From Mayamaea pseudoterrestris (Eukaryota): 64,000 nt of DNA. The notes below the pieces were generated by a model, which ran no database searches, was not told where the DNA came from, and saw nothing but the letters and a program-made list of their open reading frames with translations. Location of the stretch: assembly GCA_027923505.1 (NCBI GenBank), contig BROI01000023.1:186001-250000 (forward strand), given 5' to 3'. Numbering within the stretch: the stretch's first letter is position 1; the number at the start of each line of letters is the position of its first letter. This document shows, in pieces, positions 43,401 to 55,163 of the stretch. Position numbers and translations under genes: made by a program.

Positions 43401-46400
43401 CTCAGCCTGCAGATGCCGTCACATTCAAACGCCCCTACAGCAAGCCCTGTAGGTGCCCAAATTACACCAGAATGGTGCCAACATCATTTTCTAGCTGTGC
43501 TACAAGATGATAGGCTTGGCTGGTGTCTCAGGGGATGGCAATGTATTTGATGACAACTTGTCACCAGTCTCAGCCCGCAGATGCCGTGACATTCAAACGC
43601 CCCTACAGCAAGCCCTGTAGGTGCCCAAATTACACCAGAATGGTGCCAACATCATTATTCAGGCTGCGCTACAAGATGGTATGCCTAGCTGGTGTCTTTG
43701 GGGATGGCAATATATTTGGTGACAACTTGTCACCAGTATCAGCCCGTGGATGCTGTGACATTCAAACGCCCCTACAGCAAGCCCTGTAGGTGCTCAAATT
43801 ACACCAGAATGGTTCCAACATCATTATTCATACTGCGCTACAAGATGGTAGGCTTGGCTGGTGTCTCAGGGGATGGCAATGTATTTGGTGACAACTTGTC
43901 ACCAGTCTCAGCCCGCAGATGCCGTGACATTCAAACGCCCCTACAGCAAGCCCTGTAGGTGCCCCAATTACACCAGAATGGTGCCAACATCATTCTACAA
44001 TCTGCGCTACAAGATGATATGTCAAGCAGGTGTTCTTGTAGACTGTAATGTGATTGGTGACAAGTTGTCACAAGTCTCAGCCGAAGATGCCCTGTCATTC
44101 AATGGCTGGTGTCTCAGGTGATGGCAATGTATTTGGTGACAACTTGTCACCAGTCTCAGCCCGCAGATGCCGTCACATTCAAACGCCCCTACAGCAAGCC
44201 CTGTAGGTGCCCCAATTACACCAGAATGGTGCCAACATCATTATTCAGGCTGCGCTACAAGATGGTAGGCTTGGCTGGTGTCTCAGGGGATGGCAATGTA
44301 TTTGGTGACAACTTGTCACCAGTCTCAGCCCGCAGATGCCGTGACATTCAAACGCCCTACAGCAAGCCCTGTAGGTGCCCAAATTACACCAGAATGGTGC
44401 CAACATCATTATTCAGGTTGCGCTACAAGATGGTAGGCTTGGCTGGTGTCTAAGGGGATGGCAATGTATTTGATGACAACTTGTCACCAGTCTCAGCCCG
44501 CAGATGCCGTGACATTCAAACGCCCCTACAGCAAACCCTGTAGGTGCCCAAATTACACCAGAATGGTGCCAAAATCATTTTTTTTACTGCGCTACAAGAT
44601 GGTAGGCTTGGCTGGTGTCTCAGGGGATGGCAATGTCTTTGGTGACAACTTGTCACCAGTCTCAGCCCGCAGATGCCGTGACATTCAAACGCCCCTACAG
44701 CAAGCCATGTAGGTGCCCAAATTACACCAGAATGGTGCCAACATCATTTATCTAGCTGCGCTACATGATGGTAGGCTTGGCTGGTGTCTCAGAGGATGGC
44801 AATGTATTTGGTGACAACTTGTCACCAGTCTCAGCCCGCAGATGCCGTGACATTCAAACGCCCCCACAGCAAGCTCTGTAGGTGCCCAAATCACAACAGA
44901 ATGGTGCCAACATCATTATTGAGGCTGTGCTACAAGATGGTAGGCTTGGCTGGTGTCTCAGGGGATGGCAATGTATTTGGTGACAACTTGTCACCAGTCT
45001 CAGCCCGCAGATGCTGTCACATTCAAACGCCCCTACAGCAAGCCCTGTAGGTGCCCAAATTACACCTGAATGGTGCCAACCCAACATCATTATTCATACT
45101 GCGCTACAAGATGGTAGGCTTGGCTGGTGTCTAAGGGGATGGCAATGTATTTGGTGACAACTTGTCACCAGTCTCAGCCCGCAGATGCCATCACATTCAA
45201 ATGCCCCTACAGCAAGCCCTGTTGGTGCCCAAATTACACAAGAATGGTGCCAACATCATCATTCAGGATGCGCTACAAGATGGTAGGCTTGGCTGGTGTC
45301 TCAGGGGATGGCAATGTATTTAGTGACAATTTGTCACCAGTCTCAGCCCGCAGATGCTGTCACTTTCTAACGCCCCTACAGCAAGCCCTGTAGGTGCCCA
45401 AATTATACCAGAATGGTGCCAACATCATTATATAGGCTGCGCTACAAGATGGTATGCTTGGCTGGTGTCTCAGGGGATGGCAATGTATTTGGTGACAACT
45501 TGTCACCAGTCTCAGCCTGCAGATGCTGTCACATTCAAACGCTCCTACAGCAAGCCCTGTAGGTTTCCAAATGACACCAGAATGGTGCCAACATGATTAT
45601 TCATACTGCGCTATAAGATGGTAGGCTTGGCTGGTGTCTCAGGGGATGGCAATGTATTTGGTGACAACTTGTCACCAGTCTCAGCCCGCAGATGCCGTGA
45701 CATTCAAACGCCACTACAGCAAGCCCTGTAGGTGCCCAAACTACACCAGATTGGTGCCCACATCATTGGGCATACTGCGCTACAAGATGGGATGCCTGGC
45801 TGGTGTCTCAGGGGATGGCAATGTATTTGGTGACAACTTGTCACCAGTCTCAGCCCGCAGATGCCGTGACATTCAAACGCCACTACAGCAAGCCCTGTAG
45901 GTGCCCAAATTACACCAGAATGGTGCCAACATCATTAATCAGGCTGAGCTACAAGATGGTATGCCTAGCTGGTGTCTCAGGGGATGGCAATGTATTTGGT
46001 GACAACTTGTCACCAGTCTCAGCCCGCCGATGCTGTCACATTCAAACGCCCCCACAGCAAGCCCTGTAGGTGCCCAAATCACACCAGAATGGTGCCAACA
46101 TCATTATTCCGGCTGCGCTACAAGATGGTAGGCTTGGCTGGTGTCTCAGGGGATGGCAATGTATTTGGTGACAACTTGTCACCAGTCTCAGCCCACAGAT
46201 GCCGTGACATTCAAACGCCCCTACAGCAAGCCATGTAGGTGCCCAGATTACACCAGAATGGTGCCAACATCATTTATCTAGCTGCGCTACAAGATGGTAT
46301 GCTTGGCTGGTGTCTCAGGGGATGGCAATGTATTTGGTGACAACTTGTCACCAGTCTCAGACCGCAGATGCCGTGACATTCAAACGCCCCTACAGCAAGC

Positions 46401-49087
46401 CCTGTAGGTGCCCAAATTACACCAGAATGGTGCCAACATCATTGGAATAGGCTGCGCTACAAGATGGTAGGCTTGGCTGGTGTCTCAGGGGATGGCAATG
46501 TATTTGGTGACAACTTGTCACCAGTCTCAGCCTGCATGCCGTCACATTTAAACACCCCTACAGCAAGCCCTGTAGGTGACCAAATTACACCAGAATGGTG
46601 CCAATATCATTATGCCAGCTGCGGTACAAGTTGGTAGGCTTGGCTGGTGTCTCAGGGGATAGCAACGTATTTGGTGACAACTTGTCACCAGTCTCAGCCT
46701 GCAGATGCCGAGACGTTCAAACGCCCCTAAGCAAGCCCTGTAGGTGCCCCAATTACACCAGAATGGTGCCAACATCATTATTCAGGCTGCGCTACAAGAT
46801 GGTATGCCTAGCTGGTGTCTTTGGGGATGGCAATGTGATTTATGACAGCTTGCCACCAATCTCAGCCAACAGATGCCATGACATTCAAATGCCCCTACAG
46901 CAAGCCCTGTAGGTGCCCAAATTACACCAAAATGGTGCCAACATCATTATTCAGGTGTGCTACAAGATGGTAGGCTTTGCTGGTGTCTCAGCGGATGGCA
47001 ATGTATTTGGTGACAACTTGTCACCAGTCTCAGCCCGCAAATGCCGTGACATTCAAACACCCCTACAGCAAGCCCTGCAGGTTCCCAAATTACACCAGAA
47101 TGGTGCCTTTATCATTATTCCGGCTGCGCTACAAGATGGTAGGCTTGGCTGGTGTCTCAGGGGATGGCAATGTATTTGGTGACAACTTGTCACCAGTCAC
47201 AACCCGCAGATGCCGTGACATTCAAACACCCCTACAGCAAGCCCTGTAGGTGCCCAAATTACACCAAAATGGTGCCGACATCATTATTCATGCTGTGCTA
47301 CAAGATAGATGGCTTTGCTGGTGTCTCAGGGGATGGCAATGTATTTGGTGACAACTTGTCACCAATCTCAGCCCACAGATGCTGTGACATTCAAACGCTC
47401 CTTCAGCAAGCCCTGTAGGTGCTCAAATTTCACCAGAATGGTGCCAACACCATTACAGTATTCCGACTGCGCCACAAGATGGTAGGCTTGGCTGGTATCT
47501 CAGTGGACGGCAATGTATTTGGTGACAACTTGTCACCAGTCTCAACCCACAGATGCCGTGACATTCAAAACGCCCCTACAGCAAGCCCTGTAGGTGCTCA
47601 AATTACACCAAAATGGTTCCAACATCATTATTCATACTGCGCTACAAGATGCTAGGCTTGGCTGGTGTCTTTGGGGATGGCAATGTATTTGGTGACAACT
47701 TGTCACCAGTCTCAGCCCACAGATGCCGTGACATTCAAACGCCCCTACAGCAAGCCCGGTAGGTGCCCAAATTACACCAGAATGGTGCCAACATCATTAT
47801 TCAGGCTGTGCTACAAGATGGGAGGCTTTGCTGGTGTCTCAGGGGATGGCAATGTATTTGATGACAACTTGTCACCAGTCTCAGCCCGCAGATGCCGAGA
47901 CATTCAAACGCCCCTACAGCAAGCCCTGTAGGTGCCCAAATTACACCAGAATGGTGCCAACATCATTATTCAGGCTGCGCTACAAGATGGTATGCCTAGC
48001 TGGTGTCTTTGGGGATGGCAATGTATTTGGTGACAACTGGTCACCAGTCTCAGCCTGCAGATGCCGTCACATTCAAACGCCCCTACAGCAAGCCCTGTAG
48101 GTGCCCAAATTACACCAGAATGGTGCCAACATCATTTTCTAGCTGTGCTACAAGATGATAGGCTTGGCTGGTGTCTCAGGGGATGGCAATGTATTTGATG
48201 ACAACTTGTCACCAGTCTCAGCCCGCAGATGCCGTGACATTCAAACGCCCCTACAGCAAGCCCTGTAGGTGCCCAAATTACACCAGAATGGTGCCAACAT
48301 CATTATTCAGGCTGCGCTACAAGATGGTATGCCTAGCTGGTGTCTTTGGGGATGGCAATATATTTGGTGACAACTTGTCACCAGTATCAGCCCGTGGATG
48401 CTGTGACATTCAAACGCCCCTACAGCAAGCCCTGTAGGTGCTCAAATTACACCAGAATGGTTCCAACATCATTATTCATACTGCGCTACAAGATGGTAGG
48501 CTTGGCTGGTGTCTCAGGGGATGGCAATGTATTTGGTGACAACTTGTCACCAGTCTCAGCCCGCAGATGCCGTGACATTCAAACGCCCCTACAGCAAGCC
48601 CTGTAGGTGCCCCAATTACACCAGAATGGTGCCAACATCATTCTACAATCTGCGCTACAAGATGATATGTCAAGCAGGTGTTCTTGTAGACTGTAATGTG
48701 ATTGGTGACAAGTTGTCACAAGTCTCAGCCGAAGATGCCCTGTCATTCAATTGCCCATTTGTTAAGCAAGTCCATCACCATTTCATACCAGGATGGTGCC
48801 AACCTCCTAAATTTGACTGCTCTACCAAGTGAAATGCATGGCTGGTGCCTCATGATGCTGCAATGCCATTGGTGAGAACTTGCCACCAGTCCTAGCCAGC
48901 AGCAGAAATGACTTTAACAGCCCATTCTAAGAGCCATGTCTATGACCAATAGACACAAGGATGCTGCCAAAATCTTATCAAGGCTGTGCAACAAGATACC
49001 TGGCTGGTGCCTCATGATGCTGCAATGCCGCTTGCTGAGGAGTTCTTCCCAGTCAGCAGCCATGACTTTGAACAGCCCATTTCTAGG
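37470..49087. repeat. Satellite array of ~68 x 169-bp monomers with diverged terminal units
   Basis: Consensus GGCTGGTGTCTCAGGGGATGGCAATGTATTTGGTGACAACTTGTCACCAGTCTCAGCCCGCAGATGCCGTGACATTCAAACGCCCCTACAGCAAGCCCTGTAGGTGCCCAAATTACACCAGAATGGTGCCAACATCATTATTCAGGCTGCGCTACAAGATGGTAGGCTT (169 nt); spurious ORF starts spaced 169 bp. Confidence 0.99.
39455..48750. repeat. 4,648-bp direct tandem duplication within the satellite (39455-44102 and 44103-48750)
   Basis: ORF pairs offset by exactly 4648 with the same translation apart from the boundaries (39798/44446, 40206/44854, 42771/47419, 43861/48509); private indels such as CCAACCCAAC recur. Confidence 0.95.
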
Positions 49088-49271
49088 ACAAAAATTGGAT
49101 AGTCTAAAGTATATGTAATAATCTAGTTGTTTTGGACGCTACGTCAGTCTTTGAAATGTGTGTATTTGGTCAAGATTGCCCTCTCTGTTCTTTCCTGATT
49201 TATCGTTTAAAAGCTCGCTTTCTAAGCAAGTGAATGTCTCTTACTCGCACCTCTCTACTTACTGTGAACCC

Positions 49272-49835
49272 TCATTCATCTCCAACACTGCCAGCAGGTA
49301 ATTCTTCAGGCTCCTTTCCAATTAGCTTAGCAACGACTGGTGTCAGCAAAACAGTGGGGGGAAACCGAATTGGACTGGCCGCCTTGTGCGCGGCGTAGGC
49401 AATGGCAAATGTTCCCGCTTTTTCCCCAACACCGCCGCTGCTCGTGGCAATTCCAACCTTCTCCAAAAGCGCACCAACGTCAATTCCATTGTCCACCAAA
49501 AGGTAGCAAATGGCGAAACTAACTACGGCGAGTGGAATGGAGGTTGCAAGGTAGGCAATTCCATACTTCTTAAGCAGGCTCTTGGCAGATTCGCCGCCAT
49601 CCTTTTTCTTTAATGATTCCATCAAGCCAATTTCAAGTCCGAACTTTTCGGTAGTTTCCTCTGGAGACTTGACAGCGTCGGTCGACGGTTTGGTGAGCAA
49701 CTGTAAGCGAGTTGCTGAGGATGCTGCTGCGACCGAACTTGTCGCCCTTGCTCCCATTCTTGTCGGAGCATTCGTCCAGGCGCAAGCCGTCGCCGCTAAT
49801 GCCAGAAGGTTTGCGAGCCTCAGCAATGTCAACAT
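49272..49835 (-). CDS. DUF1279/FAM210-like membrane protein, probably plastid-targeted
   Basis: LLKKYGIAYLATSI...GTFAIAYAAHKAASPIRFPPTVLLTPVVA; signal peptide ending ACA-W. Confidence 0.85.
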   Translation of the reverse strand: MLTLLRLANLLALAATACAWTNAPTRMGARATSSVAAASSATRLQLLTKPSTDAVKSPEETTEKFGLEIGLMESLKKKDGGESAKSLLKKYGIAYLATSIPLAVVSFAICYLLVDNGIDVGALLEKVGIATSSGGVGEKAGTFAIAYAAHKAASPIRFPPTVLLTPVVAKLIGKEPEELPAGSVGDE

Positions 49836-50284
49836 GGTGATATTGTATGCTAATTACAGTGATGGGATCGATGTTGTTGACAGTTGTAATGGAAGTTGAA
49901 GCGACGAGCAACGATGTGATGTCGAACGATGACGTGTTCATGGAGAGATCACGATTCATCCGTCGTGGTGCGAAACGCTGCAGTTTGTTTGATAGTTTGT
50001 GGTTTTCCAATGAAAACACAAATGAGGGCAATATTAAAACATCTATTTTAATGAAATCTACGTCATCATCGCTCCGAATGACCGAATGACTGGAGGAGGA
50101 ATCATGCGAACGATCCGCACAGCCTCACAAAAAGGCGCATCGGAGCCGCAACGTAGCGCGTTAAGAGCATTGCTTTCCTCTTATTAAAGCAAATCAATCA
50201 TCATAGTCACGTCTGCAGGACTTGCTTTACAGAGGAGCATCTTGAAATTCGCAGTTTGCTGCTGTTACATCTCACTAGTTCGTC

Positions 50285-52081
50285 ATGTCATCATCAAACT
50301 CCGCCAAGAACGCATCGGCTGTTCCATCGCCAGCCACCGACGAAAAGGATGAAAAGAGTCAAAGCTTTCGAAAGAGACGCTTGAGTCTTTCAAATCACAC
50401 TAAGCAATCTGCTGAATTAGAAGATGACGACGAGGACGTGGATATCGAGGCGCCGACAACAGCAACTTCAGCTACGTCTTCTCGACTGGAAGAAGTCAAT
50501 GATGTATCTCAAGACATTTCACACTCGCAAACTGACGAAGACGACGACGATTCATCACCAGATCCATCAGAAAAGGCGCAGTCCTTTCGCAAGCGTCGCC
50601 TATCGCTTCCGAACTTGCTAGCTCTGGCAAACGCGGCTGCGGCAGCAAATGACACGGACAATATGGAACCTCCTGCCAAGCGATCACGCCGCGACTCGGC
50701 GGCAAGCGCTGCAACCTCAACTTCTGGACGTAGCTCTGGTGAGCATGAGCAGCAGCAATGGTTTCCAAGCAAGACGCTGCATGCGAGTGAGCTTCTCCAT
50801 GACGGAGTTCCTCCGCCGTCGCCGGCGGTGCATGCCAATAGCATTCTCTACGAGCTGCAGCCGCTTCCTCCAATGCCAAGTGCAGCAGCGCAATTCTCTA
50901 CGGCAACGGCCGCCTTGAACAGCTGCAGCAGCAAAAAGAGCAGCTCCATAAGTATTGAGCCAAAATGGAAGCGCAGGCTAACAATTAAGAGCAAGCATGA
51001 GGAGCACAAGCTGCCCTTTCCTCGAGATATTGTTGGAACGTATAGTTGCCATGGAGTGGAACCAGTCTACGATACGGACTATGAAGCCGCCGATGACGAT
51101 GAAGAATGGGACGAAGATGACGACGAGGGCGCCGATGACGAGTCACCATTAAAGACGAGCTCTAAGACGACAACGAAACTCACTGTAGATACTAATGACA
51201 GCATTCCATGCGCCGCCGTGGCTGCCAAGATTAACCAGGATCGAGGCGGCATTGCCTTTCCATATGGAAATTGCCCTCGGATGGCCCTCTTTGCCGTTTA
51301 CGATGGACACGGACAAGGTGGTGAGCTCGTGTCGCAGTACACGCTTGCAGAGATGCAACGACGGCTGGAGCGACATGAAACGTTTCCCAGTGATTTACAT
51401 AAGGCCTTTGTTGACACCTTTCACGCGATTGATGAAGGTCTGAAGTCGGAGCCACTTATTGAGCCAGTTTATGCGGGCACGACAGCCTGCGTCGCGTTGC
51501 TGAAAGAAAATGTTTTGACGTTGGCAAATGCAGGTGACTCGCGAGCGGTGGTAGCCCGGAAACGAGTAGACGGCAAAGCAGGCTCATCAAAATCGTCATT
51601 ATTTAAGGCCACGGCACTGACGGTTGATCAGAACCCCGACTTGCCGGAGGAGATGCAACGCATTCTATCGGCTGGTGGTTATGTCACGCCAGCACCGGCT
51701 CCTGGCTTGTCGGCGCGCGTTTGGCTCGACCCAGGTTGCACCCAGATTGGTCTGGCCATGGCGCGATCGATTGGCGACCATGCCGTTTCAGAGGTTGGAG
51801 TCATTGCAACGCCAGTCGTGACGACGTATACAGTGCATGCGGACGACGAGTTCCTGATCCTCGCATCCGACGGCGTCTGGGAGTTCTTGTCGTCACAGAA
51901 TGCTGTTGACATTGTCGGAGCGAACCTTGATCGAGGCGCCACCAAGGCTTGTCAGGCTTTGATTGAAGCGGCAGCTGCCAAATGGCACGAGGAGGAGGGA
52001 GAGTATCGGGACGACATTACAGCGATTGTTGTACGGCTACCAAATCTATGGAATGGAAGCGACAAAATGGGGAAAGCATAG
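50285..52081 (+). CDS. PP2C (PPM) phosphatase with a long disordered N-terminus
   Basis: NQDR, VYDGHG, GTTA, ANAGDSRAV, GLAMARSIGD, ILASDGVWEF, DDIT. Confidence 0.93.
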   Translation: MSSSNSAKNASAVPSPATDEKDEKSQSFRKRRLSLSNHTKQSAELEDDDEDVDIEAPTTATSATSSRLEEVNDVSQDISHSQTDEDDDDSSPDPSEKAQSFRKRRLSLPNLLALANAAAAANDTDNMEPPAKRSRRDSAASAATSTSGRSSGEHEQQQWFPSKTLHASELLHDGVPPPSPAVHANSILYELQPLPPMPSAAAQFSTATAALNSCSSKKSSSISIEPKWKRRLTIKSKHEEHKLPFPRDIVGTYSCHGVEPVYDTDYEAADDDEEWDEDDDEGADDESPLKTSSKTTTKLTVDTNDSIPCAAVAAKINQDRGGIAFPYGNCPRMALFAVYDGHGQGGELVSQYTLAEMQRRLERHETFPSDLHKAFVDTFHAIDEGLKSEPLIEPVYAGTTACVALLKENVLTLANAGDSRAVVARKRVDGKAGSSKSSLFKATALTVDQNPDLPEEMQRILSAGGYVTPAPAPGLSARVWLDPGCTQIGLAMARSIGDHAVSEVGVIATPVVTTYTVHADDEFLILASDGVWEFLSSQNAVDIVGANLDRGATKACQALIEAAAAKWHEEEGEYRDDITAIVVRLPNLWNGSDKMGKA

Positions 52082-52264
52082 AGTATAGAACTAGTAGTTG
52101 CACCTTTACAATCATTTATGAGAGTTAATGTTAGAGTATGATACAGCGTTGAGCTTCTATGCGAGGCCGACGGCGGAAGAAGAGTCTATCATTTGGCATT
52201 CATATTGTACATTTACTCTGCAGTTAGGAAAGTGGCATGCGCGAGGTGATGTTACAAACGGTCT

Positions 52265-53688
52265 TTACGATTGCTGGCAGTTGACAGGTTGTGGCTGCCC
52301 GCCCTTATCGTCATCATCCGACTCGTAAGCGGTTTCGTGGTTTTGAAGACCGCCCTTGCCAAACGTTCGAACGTCGGCGTGGTCCAAATGCACAATCTCG
52401 ACATCCTCTTGCTTGCTATAATCCTCGTCCATGGTGTCTGGGCCGGGCAGGAAATCCTTCAAGCCTTCAATATCGTCTGGTGTAAGCTCGTTGTCACCAG
52501 GAAATTCCACCGTGAACAAAATGTATCTGCGATTTCAAAACGTCGAGGATGTTAAGAACAATCTCCGAGCTGCGCAAGTTTTCAAATTCACTGCTACGAC
52601 TTACAAGTTACCCTTGACAAAGGGATTCCCTCGACTAGGCATGCCTTCATTTGGAACTTTCTTGACAAACGGTCGGCCATCTTGAGTTTGCGCTCGAATG
52701 ACTTCGCCAGGCCGACTTTGAATGACTACTTGCCGACCGTCCAAATGTTCAATCTTCCATGAAAAGCCGCACAGTGCTTCCTTCAACGAAAGCTTCTTGG
52801 TCACAAGCAGGTCGGCGCCTTTCCGCTTGAACAAATCATGCTCCTTTTCTTGAATAATAAAGTTGACATGACCAGCTTCCATGTTTGGCTTTTCGTCTGC
52901 CATGTTTTGAAAGACAATCTTTGAATTATGTTTCATTCCTTTTTCAACCAAAACCTCCAAAATCTTTCGCTCCGACTTCTTCTTGTACATGTAGCCTTCC
53001 CCGTTACATGATGCGCAACTTCGTTGAATCTGCTGCACCATACCTAATCCAATCTGACGCAATTCAACAACGATGCCTTGTCCATCGCACTGCCGACACA
53101 TGCGAGGCTCTCCCACCATGACTTGTCGCGTCACTGCCAGCTTGATAGTCTTGCCGTTATACAAATCTTGCAGACTAACGTCAATTGGATGACTGACATC
53201 GTCACCTCGAGTTGGTTCTCTGGACCGCCGCTGCCCCCCTCCAAAAAACATGCTGAACAAATCCTCCGCTCCGCCGCCTCCGCGTCGACCATCATCGTCA
53301 TCCGCTACTCCCTCCAAACCAAACTTGTCGTACTTGGCTCGCTTGTCAGGATCACTGAGAATTTCGTAGGCAGCATTGATTTCCTTGAACTTGTGCTCGT
53401 CGCCGCCCTTGTCAGGGTGGTTCGTCATGGCAAGCTTGCGGTAGGCCGTCTTGATATCCTTGGGAGTGCAAGTCTTTTTTAACTGCGAAACGAGAAGCGG
53501 TAATGAAACTGCATGAGTAAATACAAGCATGACACGACTACAAGCTACTCTTTTTCAATTTTTAGACTCACTCCAAGTGTTTCGTAGAGCTTGGTTGTGT
53601 CCGCCGCGCGAGGGTCGGCTCCTCCTCCTCGTCGGCCGCCGCCGCCAAAGTGAGCGTGTGAAAACGGGTCTCCGCCACCAAAGAACAT
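52265..53688 (-). CDS. DnaJ/Hsp40 class A (Ydj1/DNAJA-like) with CaaX; exons 53688-53572, 53482-52605, 52526-52265
   Basis: MFFGGG...[12 protein letters not shown]-domain HPDKGGD, G/F region, CxxCxGxG x2, NEGMP...KGNL|YILF, C-terminal CQQS; GT-AG introns keep the frame. Confidence 0.93.
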
Positions 53689-53996
53689 GTCGTTGCGTGA
53701 GCGAAGAAAAGGTTATCAAGAGGCGCCTTTCGCAGAAAAAGACTATATGTGACAGCAAGTAGTAGCAAGGAAGAATGAATGGAACGCCATCGTGGGATGA
53801 GCGGCGCGCTGGCGCGGTGCAGTTTCGTGGATGTTGGCGTGGTCGTAGTGCGACACAAGTACCGCTCCGTCACGTCAGCGACATCGGGCGTCGCCGAAAG
53901 CGCTGGGGCGTCACAATGGCGGCCACCTGCTTCTCTCGGCGACCTTGTCTTGTATTTGTACATACTCTCACCTTCTTCATTCAATAGCATAGCATC

Positions 53997-55163
53997 ATGG
54001 CCGACGACGAAACGCCTCGCAAGGAAATTTACACGTACAAGGCGCCATGGACCGTCTACGCCATGGCTTGGAGTCGGAGGTACGCTTGATTGATGCGCTA
54101 CGAAAGTGTCTGTTTCGCCCCGTCACGAGGAATGGAAATGATTGTACAGTACTATTCCTAATTCCCTTTATAATTTCTTTTTCATTGTTATTACAGTAAA
54201 CCCGACCCGCAGTCACAGTTTCGTCTCGCCATTGGAAGCTACGTGGAGCAGTATTGCAACGCCGTTCACATTGTCAAGAAGCTTCCAACGGAGAATGAAT
54301 TGGGAGTTTCACTATACAAGGCTGGCGAGTTTGATCATCCATACCCATGTACCAAGATTCTATGGAGTCCGGAATATAGCAATGCCACTAACAGCAATAA
54401 TCATTACACTCATGGCGCCCGCGATTTGCTTGCCACCACGGGCGACTATTTGCGCATTTGGAACTGCTCGCCTGACGATCCGAATCCCACCAAGGAATGC
54501 TTGCTGAACAATAACAAGACTTCGGAATATTGCGCGCCTTTGACTTCGTTTGACTGGAATGACACTGACGCATCAATTGTTGGGACATGTAGCATCGACA
54601 CAACATGCACCATTTGGAATATTCACACGCAGCAAGCCATGACGCAACTGATTGCTCACGATCGAGAAGTATTTGACATTGCATTCGCGCGCGGCAAGGA
54701 TGTGTTTGCAAGTGTTGGAGCAGACGGCTCGGTGCGGTTATTTGATCTGCGCTCGCTGGAACATTCCACCATTATTTACGAGTCACCCAATCTGGATGCA
54801 CTCTTGCGCCTCGAGTGGAACAAGCAGGATCCAAACTACTTGGCAACCTTCATGGTTGACTCGCGACGAACCATAATATTGGATATTCGTGTTCCGTCCA
54901 TGCCGGTCGCCGAACTTGGTGGACATTTAGGCTGCATCAATGCCACGGCGTGGGCGCCACATAGTTCCTCGCACATTTGCACGGCGGGCGATGACTCGCA
55001 GGCTTTGATTTGGGACATTGCCAGCATGCCCAAGCGACCCGTTGAAGATCCAATACTTGCCTATAATGCTGGCGGGGAAATTAACAATTTGCAGTGGTCG
55101 GCGGCGCAACCGGATTGGGTTTCCATCGCCTTTCATGACAAGTTGCAAATACTGAGAGTATAA
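53997..55163 (+). CDS. DCAF7: WD40 scaffold DCAF7/WDR68 (AN11/TTG1 family); exons 53997-54079, 54197-55163
   Basis: RKEIYTYKAPW.VYAM.WS|..FRLAIGSY; FDHPYP.TKILW; DLLATTGDYLRIW; CAPLTSFDWN; TQLIAHDREV; C-terminal LQILRV. Confidence 0.95.

Noticed and set aside
37497..48832. Dozens of 80-144 aa ORFs (MSQGMAMYLVTT...)
   Set aside because: Products of the 169-bp period (not a multiple of 3), mostly GTG starts, with a stop in nearly every unit; not genes
37470..49087. CRISPR array interpretation of the satellite
   Set aside because: No unique 25-45 nt spacers and no cas genes; eukaryotic context; the variable window is only ~7 nt
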